This document shows, in pieces, positions 38,948-49,353 of a stretch of DNA of 64,000 nucleotides. This DNA is from Planctomycetota bacterium (GTDB taxonomy: Bacteria > Planctomycetota > GCA-002687715 > DRQF01): contig JAZGFI010000147.1 in assembly GCA_036479435.1 (NCBI GenBank), positions 25,866 through 89,865 on the forward strand, read 5' to 3'. Both the position numbers and the translations under genes were made by a program. Each line of letters begins with the position of its first letter. The first letter of the stretch is position 1. The notes under the pieces were generated by a model that saw nothing but the letters and a program-made list of their open reading frames with translations, was not told the origin of the DNA and searched no databases.

Positions 38948-40041
38948 GGTTCCTCGGCGAGTCGGCGGTAAAGATGTCGCGCATCGCCTTGACGGTAGCT
39001 ACGGGTGTAGGACTTCAAAAAGTGCATCGCCTCTTTGATCGAGAGCTCGCCGTACTGGGGAAGATCCTTCACGATACGCCGCAAGTTCTTCAAGCGCACT
39101 TCTTCGCTGATGCGATCGCGTTGAGAAACACCGTCGAGGTCGATCAGCCAGACTTGGCCCGATTCGTTGACCAACATGTTACTTGCCTTCAGGTCGCGGT
39201 TTGCGAAACCCGCGTCGTGTAACAGGCCGAGCAAGCGTCCCGCGTCTTCCAGCACGAGTCCCTTGAGATCGTTGCGGTGACCATTCCACTCCTGAAAAGC
39301 GGCGGCTCCCGAACGCACTTCGGTGACTTGTTCCATGAGCAGGTAGGAACGGGTTAGCACGCCGAGCTTGTAGCGTTCAGCAAAAGCGATCGCGCGGGCC
39401 GTGCGAATGCCAATGGACTCAAGGTGATAGGCGCGTTGAAAAGCGAGGTGCGCCTTCGAAGCTAAGAACTGATTGCGGAGGAGGTTTTTGACTTTCTTAA
39501 GATTGAAGCGCTTCAGTACCGTCGAACCGGGCGTCGTGGCCAAGGTTGTGCCACGGGACATCTTGAGGGTCTTGGCACTGGGGATCAAAAAGGCATCCGG
39601 GTCGTTTAGGACCGCTTGGTGGGTATCGGTCAAAAGATCACGCCTTGCGTGCCAGACCAACTCTCCGGTTTGAATGACCTTGAAATCTCGGTTCTCGTCG
39701 ATGCAGCGCTCGACCGCGGCTTCGCGATGGCTTTTCAGAATGCGTTCGAGCGGGGCCGTCATGCCGCGAAACTTGAGGTAGTTGGCGCCCGCCGCGAGCT
39801 TTTGCCGAGGGCTATAGCCGCGCATGAGCGACCATAGCTGCGAAAGTGCGAGTTCGGGCACGTCACCTTTCGAGCGCTTCTCGAGATCGGCTTGACGAAT
39901 AAACAGACCATCCTTGTCGTCGCGTCGTAAGACGAGCGGCGAGGGGTCGCGCACGAAAGAGCCGGCCTGGTGGTAGCCGACGAGGAGCGTCACGAGTTCT
40001 TCGGGACTCGCCTCGTTTGGGGACATCAAGTCCAATGCCAA
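38938..40041 (-). CDS. LPS kinase (Kdo/WaaP/InaA) family protein
   Basis: VLKRF, LHDAGFANRDLKASNMLV, LIDLD, NLRRI. Confidence 0.82.
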   Translation of the reverse strand: MALDLMSPNEASPEELVTLLVGYHQAGSFVRDPSPLVLRRDDKDGLFIRQADLEKRSKGDVPELALSQLWSLMRGYSPRQKLAAGANYLKFRGMTAPLERILKSHREAAVERCIDENRDFKVIQTGELVWHARRDLLTDTHQAVLNDPDAFLIPSAKTLKMSRGTTLATTPGSTVLKRFNLKKVKNLLRNQFLASKAHLAFQRAYHLESIGIRTARAIAFAERYKLGVLTRSYLLMEQVTEVRSGAAAFQEWNGHRNDLKGLVLEDAGRLLGLLHDAGFANRDLKASNMLVNESGQVWLIDLDGVSQRDRISEEVRLKNLRRIVKDLPQYGELSIKEAMHFLKSYTRSYRQGDARHLYRRLAEEPWA

Positions 40042-40439
40042 ATTGAGTGGCCTCCACTGCGGGGGAACGATGAGATCCTACGTGTCACTGGGGCCGAAGC
40101 AAAACCCTCGGAGCCCCTCGGGGCGAAGTGCTTGGCCTCAAATCCTTTTGGAACAAGAATTTGGACGAAAGTCTAGATTTGCAACACAATTTGGAAGTTC
40201 AAGCCCAACTGGCGCTGGTGGGGCCGAACTTCCAGCCGATCGTGCTGCAGATTGGCAGATCATCTAGCCGATCGCTTGTCAGATTGGCTGACTCGATCTC
40301 GTGGCTTTGCTACCGTGCCGCGCCGTTGAGATGTCTTATATGTGGACGTCCTGCGCGCCGATCAGAATAAAAGACAGACTTCGCCGGTCCCGTCCGCGGA
40401 CCTGAGGTCTTTGAAAACGCGGGCCAAGGAGAAGAAGTC

Positions 40440-42017
40440 ATGAGCGGGGCGGATTCAGAGGGAAGCGAGTCGTCGGCGCAGCAAGTCGCCGACGCAAAGA
40501 ACGTCGGTCGCGGCGCGCTCTTTTTGACCTTCACCAAGATGTGGTTTTTGGCGAGCAGCTACGTGATCGTGGCGATCTTGTCCCGTATTCTGGGCGAGGG
40601 CGAAGTCGGCGTGCAGCGCTACGGACAGTACTCCGTAGTGACCGGTTTTGCGGCCATCATCAACGCCTTCATCGTCTTCGGAACCCAACAGGCTGTGAGC
40701 CGATTCGTCGGCCGCGCACCCGAGATGGCGGACGGGGTCCGACGTGCGGCCTACCGTCTCCAAGCCTTCGTCGGCGGTGGCGTGTTTGCGATCATCTTTG
40801 TCGGGGCACCCTGGTTCGCTGAAACCGTCTACGAAGACCCCGCGCTTGCAACGCCGATTCGTTACGCCGGGCTGATCTCACTTTTCTACGCCTTCTACGC
40901 GATCTTCATGGGCTACCTGAACGGTACGCGTCAATTTGGCCGTCAGGCTTTGGTCGATTTTTCCTACGCCACGGTGAAGTGCATTCTGATTTTGGGATTC
41001 GCGGCCTTGTTCATGGATTCGGTTGGCGTGTTGTCGGCGCCGATTCTGGGTTTCGCAGCGGCGAGCTTTTTCGCGCTTTTGCTCGGGTGGTGGCTGAGTG
41101 GCCCCGCCAAGGGCGAAGGCAGCCTCACCGTCAAGGAGCTCTTTCAGTTCCAGGCTTTCACCATGGTCTTTGCCGGTGTCTCCACTTTGATTCTCCAGGC
41201 CGATCTGCAGGTCCTAAAGATCTTTGGGCCTAGCGGTGATGAAGGCAAGTACTTGCTTGGCCTTTATCGCGCAGCTCAGCAGTTTGCGCAGATCCCCTTC
41301 CAAGCCGTATTCGCCATTACTTTCGTGTTGTTTCCCTTAGTGTCCGCTGCGGCGGGGCGCGATTCGGAAAAGATGCGCGGGTATGTGCGCGAGACCACGC
41401 GCTACGCCTTTATCATCGCGGCGATCATCTGCGCCATGTTCTTCGCCTGCCCCGAGCGTACGCTCACGATTCTGTTTAAGCCAGAGTACATGGCGGCCGG
41501 CGAGACCTTACGGATCTTGGTGCTGGGCTACATGCTGTTCTCGCCGCTCTACATCATGTGCGCGATCCTAAACGCGGGTGGCCGACCTACCTTCAGTGTC
41601 ATCATCGTGGCCGTCACGGTCGTGATCGAGTGTCTGCTCGCCTATTACCTCGTCGCAGACTACGGAATCGCCGGGATCGCCACCGCGACCTCGATCGCAA
41701 TGGCAGTTGGGTTTGGGCTCGGGCATCTTTTCTTACGCAGAAGCTTTGGTCAGGGCGTGGTCTTTCCCGTCTACATCAAGACCATCATCGCCGCCGCCGT
41801 GATCGCCGCCGCGGGTCATGCCTTGCTCGCCCGCGAAACCCTATGGGGTGGACACGGTCTGGTGGCCATGGTTGGTGGTACGGGATTGACCGCGAAGTTG
41901 ATGACGGTTGTGGGCTTCTCGGTTTTGGGGCTTATCTACCTCATCCTGCTGAGCATCATCGGAGTCTTGAATACCGAGGATAAAGCGAAGTTCATGAAGG
42001 TGATCAAGCGCGGATGA
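40440..42017 (+). CDS. Oligosaccharide flippase (Wzx/MOP family)
   Basis: About 14 TM; YGQYSVV, GLYRAAQQFAQIP, LFPLVS, YGIAGIATATS. Confidence 0.85.
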   Translation: MSGADSEGSESSAQQVADAKNVGRGALFLTFTKMWFLASSYVIVAILSRILGEGEVGVQRYGQYSVVTGFAAIINAFIVFGTQQAVSRFVGRAPEMADGVRRAAYRLQAFVGGGVFAIIFVGAPWFAETVYEDPALATPIRYAGLISLFYAFYAIFMGYLNGTRQFGRQALVDFSYATVKCILILGFAALFMDSVGVLSAPILGFAAASFFALLLGWWLSGPAKGEGSLTVKELFQFQAFTMVFAGVSTLILQADLQVLKIFGPSGDEGKYLLGLYRAAQQFAQIPFQAVFAITFVLFPLVSAAAGRDSEKMRGYVRETTRYAFIIAAIICAMFFACPERTLTILFKPEYMAAGETLRILVLGYMLFSPLYIMCAILNAGGRPTFSVIIVAVTVVIECLLAYYLVADYGIAGIATATSIAMAVGFGLGHLFLRRSFGQGVVFPVYIKTIIAAAVIAAAGHALLARETLWGGHGLVAMVGGTGLTAKLMTVVGFSVLGLIYLILLSIIGVLNTEDKAKFMKVIKRG

Positions 42018-42051
42018 TCCTGGCCTTTTTAGCCAACGCGAGGGCGGAGAC

Positions 42052-43008
42052 TTGATCGACGGCAAGACGGTAGTCGTGACGGTTCCGGCCTACAACGAAG
42101 GTCGCCTTATCAGGCGCACCTTGGCGACGATTCCAGAATTCGTCGACGGTATTATCGTTGTTGACGACAAAAGCGAAGACAGCACTCTCGCGGAAGCCAA
42201 AGCGGCGGCGGTCGACGATGCTCGCATTTACATCATTGAGCGCGACAAAAACGGGGGCGTGGGAGCCGCCATCGTCGACGGCTATCGCGCTTTTCTGCGC
42301 GGCGAAGGCGATATTTGCGTGGTCATGGCGGGCGACGCGCAGATGGACCCCGACGATTTGGCACACTTGCTCGCCCCCCTAGTCGAAGATCGCTGCGACT
42401 ACGCGAAGGGCAATCGTCTGCTCACGCGTGACGTCGCGAAAGTCATGCCCAAAGATCGCTACCTTGGGAACATCATCTTCACGGCTCTCACCAAGTGGGC
42501 GTCGGGCTATTGGCATGTCGTTGATTCACAGTGTGGGTATACGGCGGTGTCGCGGGCAACGCTCCAAAACCTCGACTTGGACGCGGTCTTTACGGGCTAC
42601 GGGGTCCCAAATGACCTGCTCATCAGGTTGAACGTCGCCCAGGCGAGAGTCTGCGATGTGCCCGTGCGCGCGATCTACGGCGAAGAGGTCTCAGGTATCC
42701 AACCCTTTACGACCATTCCGCGGATCAGCATGATCCTCATCAAGGGCTTTTGGTGGCGCATGTGGCAGCGCTATGTCCTGCGCGATTTTCACCCTTTGGT
42801 TCTGCTTTATGCATTCGGATTTCTCCTCGTCCTGCTCGGGCTCATGGGAGGATTTTGGCTAACTCTACAGCGCGTTCTTTTCGATCACTCGATCACCTCG
42901 GCGACCGTCGTGTTGGATGCACTTTGTCTGTTGATCGGATTTCAAAGCGTCTTGTTCGCCATGACTTTTGACATGCTCCATAACGCCGATCTCAAAGTCA
43001 GGAGTTGA
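42052..43008 (+). CDS. GT2 glycosyltransferase (polyprenyl-phosphate sugar synthase-like) with C-terminal TMs
   Basis: VPAYNE, VVDDKSED, MAGDAQMDP, DSQCGY. Confidence 0.9.
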   Translation: MIDGKTVVVTVPAYNEGRLIRRTLATIPEFVDGIIVVDDKSEDSTLAEAKAAAVDDARIYIIERDKNGGVGAAIVDGYRAFLRGEGDICVVMAGDAQMDPDDLAHLLAPLVEDRCDYAKGNRLLTRDVAKVMPKDRYLGNIIFTALTKWASGYWHVVDSQCGYTAVSRATLQNLDLDAVFTGYGVPNDLLIRLNVAQARVCDVPVRAIYGEEVSGIQPFTTIPRISMILIKGFWWRMWQRYVLRDFHPLVLLYAFGFLLVLLGLMGGFWLTLQRVLFDHSITSATVVLDALCLLIGFQSVLFAMTFDMLHNADLKVRS

Positions 43009-44225
43009 TCGTGGATATCATCTCGCTCGCGAGCTCTTTTCCGCGACATCGAGATGATCCGTCGGGGCGTTTCATCGCTGACCTCAATGTCGGACTCGTC
43101 AAACGCGGCCACCGTTTGTTGCAGCTGGCTCCGGAAGCCGAGGGTGCCGCGCGCCGCGAAGGGCTGTTCCCCGGCTACCTTGTCGAGAGGTTCCCCTTTG
43201 CAGTGGCCGATTGGCAACGCGGCATCGTCTACGGCGATGGAATTGGAGCGAACCTCAAACGCAATCCGGCCTTGGTCTCGGCCTTGTCGGCATTGCACTT
43301 CGGGTTTCAACGCGCGCTGAGTGAAGCTCTGATTCGGCATCCCCAAGCGGCGATCCTCAGCCACTGGGCCATCCCCGCGGGCTGGGTGGCGGCGCGGGCA
43401 AACTTGCGCGAGCGTCGGTCGCACGTTTCCGTTCTTCACGGTGGCGGTGTGCAGCTTTTGAAGGTACTTCCCTTCGGCTCTCGCTTCCTTAGGACCTGGG
43501 CGCAGGGCACGGATCGCTGTCTTTGTGTCAGTGCTGACCTCGCCGAGAAGACTCGGGCACAGCTTGGGCCAAAGACGCTTCCCATTCGCGTGCAGCCCAT
43601 GGGGATCGACCTGGATCGCTTTAGGCCTCGTGGACGCCGCGAAGAAACCCGCCGCGAGCTTGGCCTTGGCCCCGAGACGTTCTTTGTGCTCGGCGTCGGG
43701 AGGTTGGTGAAGCTAAAGGGCTTTGATCTGTTGATCCGCGCCGCACAGGATTTGGGCGATGTCAGCGTCGCGCTGGCGGGGGAGGGCCCGGAGCGCGTCG
43801 ACTTGCTATCCGACGCCGAGGCCTCGTCGCTTGACCTGCACCTCCTGGGGCGTTTGGGTCCCGAGAAGCTTCGGGACATCTATGAAGCTGCCGACGTCCT
43901 CGTCGTGCCCAGCCGGCTCGGCCCCAAGGGACGCAGCGAGGGATCGCCGGTGGTGGTCCCTGAGGCCTACGCGGCGGGTTTACCGGTTATTGCTTCCCGA
44001 ACCGGCGGATTGAGCGAAGCGGTTCAGGACCAAAGAACGGGGCACCTGTTCCCCGCCGAAGACGTCTCTTCCCTCCGAGAGATTCTGCTCGTCCTCAAAG
44101 ATGACCTAGAAATGCGGCAGAGTATGGCGAAGGCAGCCTTCCAAGAGGCCAGGCATTGGGGCTACGATGCCGTGGCAGCTGCGGTTGAAGAAGAACTGAT
44201 CGCCGCCATTGAACAAAGGAGCTAG
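43005..44225 (+). CDS. GT4 glycosyltransferase
   Basis: VGRLVKLKG, ADVLVVPS, EGSPVVVPEAYAAGLPVIAS. Confidence 0.9.
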   Translation: MIVDIISLASSFPRHRDDPSGRFIADLNVGLVKRGHRLLQLAPEAEGAARREGLFPGYLVERFPFAVADWQRGIVYGDGIGANLKRNPALVSALSALHFGFQRALSEALIRHPQAAILSHWAIPAGWVAARANLRERRSHVSVLHGGGVQLLKVLPFGSRFLRTWAQGTDRCLCVSADLAEKTRAQLGPKTLPIRVQPMGIDLDRFRPRGRREETRRELGLGPETFFVLGVGRLVKLKGFDLLIRAAQDLGDVSVALAGEGPERVDLLSDAEASSLDLHLLGRLGPEKLRDIYEAADVLVVPSRLGPKGRSEGSPVVVPEAYAAGLPVIASRTGGLSEAVQDQRTGHLFPAEDVSSLREILLVLKDDLEMRQSMAKAAFQEARHWGYDAVAAAVEEELIAAIEQRS

Positions 44226-44230
44226 AACCC

Positions 44231-47200
44231 TTGAGCGAAGGATCTGCAGCGAAACCGTCGCAAGGCACATCCGAGTTTGTCTTGAGCGGACTCGCGGGAT
44301 TGATGGCTCTACTCTTCCTCACCGTTGTGGAGGCTCTCCGCCTTCAGCTTGGTTTGGGTGAGGCGAAGGCTTGGTTGTGGCTCCTCATCGACTTCGCTTC
44401 GTTCTTGCCTTTTGTTGCCGCCTTCGTGACCGCTTTTGTGGTGTTGTGGCGAGCACCGCAGCGTCTCGGCGTCGTGATCCTCGCGGTCCTGCTCGCTGGC
44501 TCAGCGTTGTGGTTGGGTTTAGAGCTTGGCAAGGGGGCTGGCCTTCAACGGCAAGGCTTGCAGTTTTTGCCGCCCTTGTTGTTGCCGCTCACCGCGTTCT
44601 TGGTCCCTTGGTTTACACATCGTCTCATCCGTAAACGAGCTTGGGATACGCCCCTGCGCTTTGCTGTCTTGTTGCTGCTGGCCGCGATGGCGGCTGGCTT
44701 CGCCAATGCCCGCTACTTGGTCGGTCTCTACGCTTCGGTTCATGTCGCTCTGTGGTTCTTGGAACTGCTGCTGCTCGCTTTGGGGATTCGCTTTTTGCTC
44801 GCGCACTGGCGCCTCTTCGCCTTCGCGCCCTCGTCGCAGGGCGTCAAGATGCCCGCGGCTCTGCTGAGTTTGGCAGCCGCTGTCGTCGTCAGTCTTTGCT
44901 TTTTGCCACTTGAACTGGATTTAGACGAGGCCACTCGCTCTCGCTACGGGCGGCTTGGTTTGCGCTCGGCGCAAATTCAGCGCTGGCGGGGGCAAGTCGT
45001 TGAGTTGGACGGACAGTATGACCGAGCCCTCATCAACTCATTTGAAGCCTGGTCCGATCGAAGTGCCGCGGCCCAATCTCGTCTACCCGCCGATCGCAAC
45101 TGGAATCTGATCTGGATCTCCATCGATACTCTACGCGCCGATCGGATGGGCGCGGTCGCAAACAAGAACAGAAATTCCGAGTCTCTAACGCCCGCCCTCG
45201 ATCGCTTTGCCAAAGAGGGCGCGGTCTTCGATTGCGCCTACTCGCAATACCCCTCGACGCACCTTTCTACCGCGTCCATGTTTTCGGGGCGCTACCCCAA
45301 AGCGACCACGCTGTTTCGCCAATTGACGGGCTCGGTCTTGCCCGATGACGATCCAGATTTGGCGCTGACCGCACTCTTGAAACAACAGGGTTTCGCAACC
45401 TCGGCCTCGGTGGCCTTTACCGACGAATGGATGGGGCATCCGACCTTCGCCAAGTCGCTCGCTGACTTCGACCGCGTCAACTTCGCCCGCCCCGGCGCTC
45501 CTGAGCTGGACGCAAAGCACTTCGTTGAAAGCGCAAAATCCAGTTTGCTCCAGATGGCAAACCAACGCTCGTTTTTGTGGTTTCACATTTTTGAACCGCA
45601 TGCTCCCTACGATCCGCATCCGGGGCTCACTAAGGGCGACGACGCGATCGCCCGCTACGACGGCGAAGTCGCCTATGCCGACCAGCAGGTGGGCCGCCTG
45701 CTAGAGACTTTGCAGCAGCAAGGCGTCTTTGAGAACACGATCGTGGTCTTGAGCTCCGACCACGGGGAGTCTCTCGGCGAACATGGTTTGCGCTTCCACG
45801 GTTCAAGTCTTCGCCAAGAGCAGGTCCGCGTGCCGCTCGCTCTCTACTACCCGGGCATCAAGCCGCAACGGCGTTCCGAGCTGGTGGGCAACGTCGACAT
45901 CTACGCGACCCTCGTCGATCTTTTGGCCCTCGACGGTGCCCCCAAGACCCAAAGCCGAAGCCTTTTGCCTTTGGTAAGCGGCAGCGCTGAAGATCGCGCC
46001 GCCTGGCCCAACCTGGCCTACATGGAGCTACCCGACGACGTCAAAGAACTGAGCGCCGCGAGCGCCAACGTCGCCGCCTTGGTCGAGGGCAAATGGAAGC
46101 TCATCCGGCATCTAAGCGGTGGCTACTCTGAACTCTTCGACTTGGAGTTAGACCCGGGCGAGAACAGCGATCGTTCAGCCGACCACCCCAAGATCAAAGA
46201 AGGTCTTGAGAATCGCCTGTACACAATGGCGAAATGGACCAAGGAGTTTGGCCGTAAAAGCTCCTTTGAAGACCAAAAGAAAGCACGGCTTCGAGAGTTA
46301 CGCGACCGACTTAAGGCAAGTGATCCCCTGGCGAGACTTGCGGCGCTTCGCGAGGCGAAGATCGAGGACCCAGACGCCTTCATTGACTCCGCCTTGGCGT
46401 TCGCCCGCGATGGAAAGGAGTTTCCGGAGATCCGCTTGGAAGCTTTGGAATTGCTCTCGGCGTCGAAATCAAATACTGCATCCGCCGCACGCGCATCCGC
46501 CCGCAAGTCCCTTTTCGAAGCTCGCGACCCAGCCATGCAGGCGGCAGCCCTGGCAACGATTCCCCTGGGCGAGAAAGTGTCATCCAGTTTGGTGGGGAGA
46601 TCAGCGAGCAGCTTCGCCATTGATCAGTGCACGCTACTGGCATTCGCCAGCGATGATTTGAATGACGAATTCTATGATGTTTGGCGGCTACAAGAGACGG
46701 CAAATGGCTCGCTAGAACTCGTTCGGCGTGCCGCACTCGCTGAGCTTCTGCGTTCGGACTATTCGGACGCGGCGGTCGACAGTCGAAGGATTGACCAGTA
46801 TTCGTGGAGTGAACAGGAAAAGACGCTCATCGCCGAGCACTTGCTCAAGCGAAATCCGAATGTCGCGTATGTTGTTTTCGAACGATGGGTGCGCGATCGG
46901 TATCTTGAGCCTTCTTTGCGAAAGCTGATTCTCACCAAGTCATCGACGTTTCCGAAAGAGCCGCAACGTGAGTTGGCTCGGCATTTGTTGTCGGGGTGGG
47001 ATCCTTCTTTTCACCAGCTGGCATTGATGGTGCTTACGGATCGATTCGACGCCGAGACGGTAAGGGCTTTGGCGCGCTGTCGCGAGATTGAGGACGAGGT
47101 CGAGGGCGCTCAGAAAAAGGAAAATTGGCTGGGAATGATGACGGCTTTGCAAGTTCTCCTCGATAGTCTGCCTGCGGATAGTGGGCAATTACGTGTTCAG

Positions 47201-48190
47201 CTCGCCTTGCTGCGGGCCGCGAATGCCGCAGGGAGGCCAGGCCCAGCGGCCGCGGTGCGGGCTTCGTTTGCAAAGTGGGTGCCCAAGATTTCGGCGCGAT
47301 GGCGACTGAACTCAGAAAATTGGCTCAAGGACGCCTTGATCGCCGAGTTGTGGGAAGTCACTCAATCTCAGGTAATCCCGCTATCAGAGGACTCCGAGAT
47401 CAAGATCCTCGCGATCGATCTTGCGGAATGCGCCAGGAGAATTGTCTCCCCGGGGCAAGACCTCAAGCTAAAGATAGCACTGTCGAACCGGTCGAGATTT
47501 GCGCTGCCGAGCGGACCATTCGCACGTGGTGGCCGCGTTCGTGTGTTGTGGCGCAGAAATAGTGGTGGCGACATCTTGTATGGGGATGAACGCGCGATCA
47601 GCCCGGGTTTGGTTCCCGAAGAGGACGGCTGGCAATGGATCACAGTTTCTGCCCCAAAGGAACCCGGCGACTGGCGCGGCCGCGTCATCATTCACCAGTG
47701 GGGCGGGCCACGTTTTCATGTGGCAGAGACGGACTCTTCGCTCTTTGACATCAAAGTCATCGATCCTTTATCTATTCCCGCGGAGATCGACTTCAACGCC
47801 GCAGAAATGGCCCAGCATTTTGAACCCGGAGAAGGTGTTGTGTTTTGGGGTCTAGAGGCTCCCGGCAAAGCCTGCCGATCGCTCATCAAAAGCTATCGCG
47901 GCAGCTTTTTGACGCCACCTTTCCTCTTCGACGGTGCATCAAAAGTCCTTAGCCTAGATCTCGCCTGGCTCTCCGCCTCAAGCGACGCCATGCACTTGTT
48001 TGTTCGTTTCGTTCCCATGGACGGAAATTCGCCGCCGCTCAAACAAAAGAGCTTCGCCGTCCTCAGGGATGGCGTTCGCCGACAGATGACACTTCCACTC
48101 GGCCGGCCCCAAGGCAGCTACCGCCTCGAAATCATCGTCGGCGGTAGGCCCGGTATCCTCGAGCTTTGGAAGTTTGCGATCGGCGGCTAG
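44231..48190 (+). CDS. Membrane-anchored sulfatase/alkaline-phosphatase superfamily protein with HEAT-like and beta-rich C-terminal domains
   Basis: About 7 N-terminal TMs; SIDTLRAD, YPSTHLSTASMFSGRYP, EPHAPY, YDGEVAYAD, SSDHGE, ELFDLELDPGE. Confidence 0.85.
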   Translation: MSEGSAAKPSQGTSEFVLSGLAGLMALLFLTVVEALRLQLGLGEAKAWLWLLIDFASFLPFVAAFVTAFVVLWRAPQRLGVVILAVLLAGSALWLGLELGKGAGLQRQGLQFLPPLLLPLTAFLVPWFTHRLIRKRAWDTPLRFAVLLLLAAMAAGFANARYLVGLYASVHVALWFLELLLLALGIRFLLAHWRLFAFAPSSQGVKMPAALLSLAAAVVVSLCFLPLELDLDEATRSRYGRLGLRSAQIQRWRGQVVELDGQYDRALINSFEAWSDRSAAAQSRLPADRNWNLIWISIDTLRADRMGAVANKNRNSESLTPALDRFAKEGAVFDCAYSQYPSTHLSTASMFSGRYPKATTLFRQLTGSVLPDDDPDLALTALLKQQGFATSASVAFTDEWMGHPTFAKSLADFDRVNFARPGAPELDAKHFVESAKSSLLQMANQRSFLWFHIFEPHAPYDPHPGLTKGDDAIARYDGEVAYADQQVGRLLETLQQQGVFENTIVVLSSDHGESLGEHGLRFHGSSLRQEQVRVPLALYYPGIKPQRRSELVGNVDIYATLVDLLALDGAPKTQSRSLLPLVSGSAEDRAAWPNLAYMELPDDVKELSAASANVAALVEGKWKLIRHLSGGYSELFDLELDPGENSDRSADHPKIKEGLENRLYTMAKWTKEFGRKSSFEDQKKARLRELRDRLKASDPLARLAALREAKIEDPDAFIDSALAFARDGKEFPEIRLEALELLSASKSNTASAARASARKSLFEARDPAMQAAALATIPLGEKVSSSLVGRSASSFAIDQCTLLAFASDDLNDEFYDVWRLQETANGSLELVRRAALAELLRSDYSDAAVDSRRIDQYSWSEQEKTLIAEHLLKRNPNVAYVVFERWVRDRYLEPSLRKLILTKSSTFPKEPQRELARHLLSGWDPSFHQLALMVLTDRFDAETVRALARCREIEDEVEGAQKKENWLGMMTALQVLLDSLPADSGQLRVQLALLRAANAAGRPGPAAAVRASFAKWVPKISARWRLNSENWLKDALIAELWEVTQSQVIPLSEDSEIKILAIDLAECARRIVSPGQDLKLKIALSNRSRFALPSGPFARGGRVRVLWRRNSGGDILYGDERAISPGLVPEEDGWQWITVSAPKEPGDWRGRVIIHQWGGPRFHVAETDSSLFDIKVIDPLSIPAEIDFNAAEMAQHFEPGEGVVFWGLEAPGKACRSLIKSYRGSFLTPPFLFDGASKVLSLDLAWLSASSDAMHLFVRFVPMDGNSPPLKQKSFAVLRDGVRRQMTLPLGRPQGSYRLEIIVGGRPGILELWKFAIGG

Positions 48191-49353
48191 CCTTGAAAGA
48201 AGACACGGCCTTCTTGGGCCCGTTGCACCAAAAACTTCGCGATCTCGGGACGCATGAAGGAGGGGGGAGGGCTGATGCCTTCCGCGAGCATTGCGCGCAC
48301 TTGCGTGCCGCTGATCTGTTCCCAATCTTCGCTGTGCGGGCAGGTGTGCTCGGTCACGATGGCTTCGCAGGTGTTGCACCAACACGGACCATGCAAGCGC
48401 ATGATCTCGATGCCGAGGTCGCTAGCGAAATGGTCCACGATCTTATGGCCGGCGTACTTTTCGTAGTAAGAACCAACCCCGGCGTGGTCGCGACCGATGA
48501 TGAAGTGCGTGCAACCGAAGTTTTTGCGGATGATGGCGTGAAAGATCGCCTCGCGGGGACCTGCGTAGCGCATAGCGGTGGTGAGCGCCGCGAGCATGAC
48601 GTTCTTTTTGACGTAGTAGTGCTCGATGAGTTTCTCGTAGCCCTCAAGGATGACCTCGGGCTGCATGTCGCCTTTTTTCTTCCAGCCGATGAGCGGGTGG
48701 ATCAACAAACCGTCGACCTGTTCGAGGGCGGTTTTTTGCAGCTGCTCGTGGGCGCGGTGGCCGAGGTTGCGGGTTTGGAATCCGACGATGCGCTTCCAGC
48801 CTTTTTTGGCGATGGCGGCGCGGACTTCGCGCGGTGAGTAGTCGTAGCCGCCGGGAATCAGACTCGCCGAGCGTTGCAAAAGCTCGATGTCTCCGGCGAT
48901 GAGTTTCGGACCCCAAAGCAGGAGTTGGCCGACACCGGGATGTTCGCCGTCGGTAGTGGTGAAGACCTGTTGTGCGAAGTTGTCGCGGTCGTACTCAAAG
49001 ATCTCGCTCACGCTGATGATCGCGGAGATCGAACCATCGGCGGAGTTGATAATCGCAGCGTCTTTGCCAACGCTGACCGCGGCGGCTTCTTTTTCGCTGG
49101 CATGGAACACGATGGGGATCGTCCAAGGGACACCCTTTGATGTGTACATGTTCGCGAGCACGGCCTTCATGTCCGCTTCGCCCATGAAACCGGTCAGCGG
49201 GCTAAAGGTGCCGTTGGCGATTTTTTCGGTGTCGAGAATGAGGTTGCTGTTGGCCGACAAGGTCGGAAGCGTCTTCGCGTAAGCCAAGCGTTCGGCGACG
49301 CGATCTTGGGGGCAGCTTCTGTCGATGAGAGTGCCGCCTAAAGGTTCATTCAT
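48187..49353 (-). CDS. sat: Sulfate adenylyltransferase (Sat-type ATP sulfurylase)
   Basis: FSPLTGFM, FQTRNLGHRAHE, MRYAGPREA, RKNFGCTHFIIGRDHAG, ISGTQVR. Confidence 0.93.
   Translation of the reverse strand: MNEPLGGTLIDRSCPQDRVAERLAYAKTLPTLSANSNLILDTEKIANGTFSPLTGFMGEADMKAVLANMYTSKGVPWTIPIVFHASEKEAAAVSVGKDAAIINSADGSISAIISVSEIFEYDRDNFAQQVFTTTDGEHPGVGQLLLWGPKLIAGDIELLQRSASLIPGGYDYSPREVRAAIAKKGWKRIVGFQTRNLGHRAHEQLQKTALEQVDGLLIHPLIGWKKKGDMQPEVILEGYEKLIEHYYVKKNVMLAALTTAMRYAGPREAIFHAIIRKNFGCTHFIIGRDHAGVGSYYEKYAGHKIVDHFASDLGIEIMRLHGPCWCNTCEAIVTEHTCPHSEDWEQISGTQVRAMLAEGISPPPSFMRPEIAKFLVQRAQEGRVFFQG

Noticed and set aside
40042..40439. Upstream extension or read-through of the LPS kinase gene
   Set aside because: The frame hits TAG and then a further stop upstream, with no recognisable coding signal.
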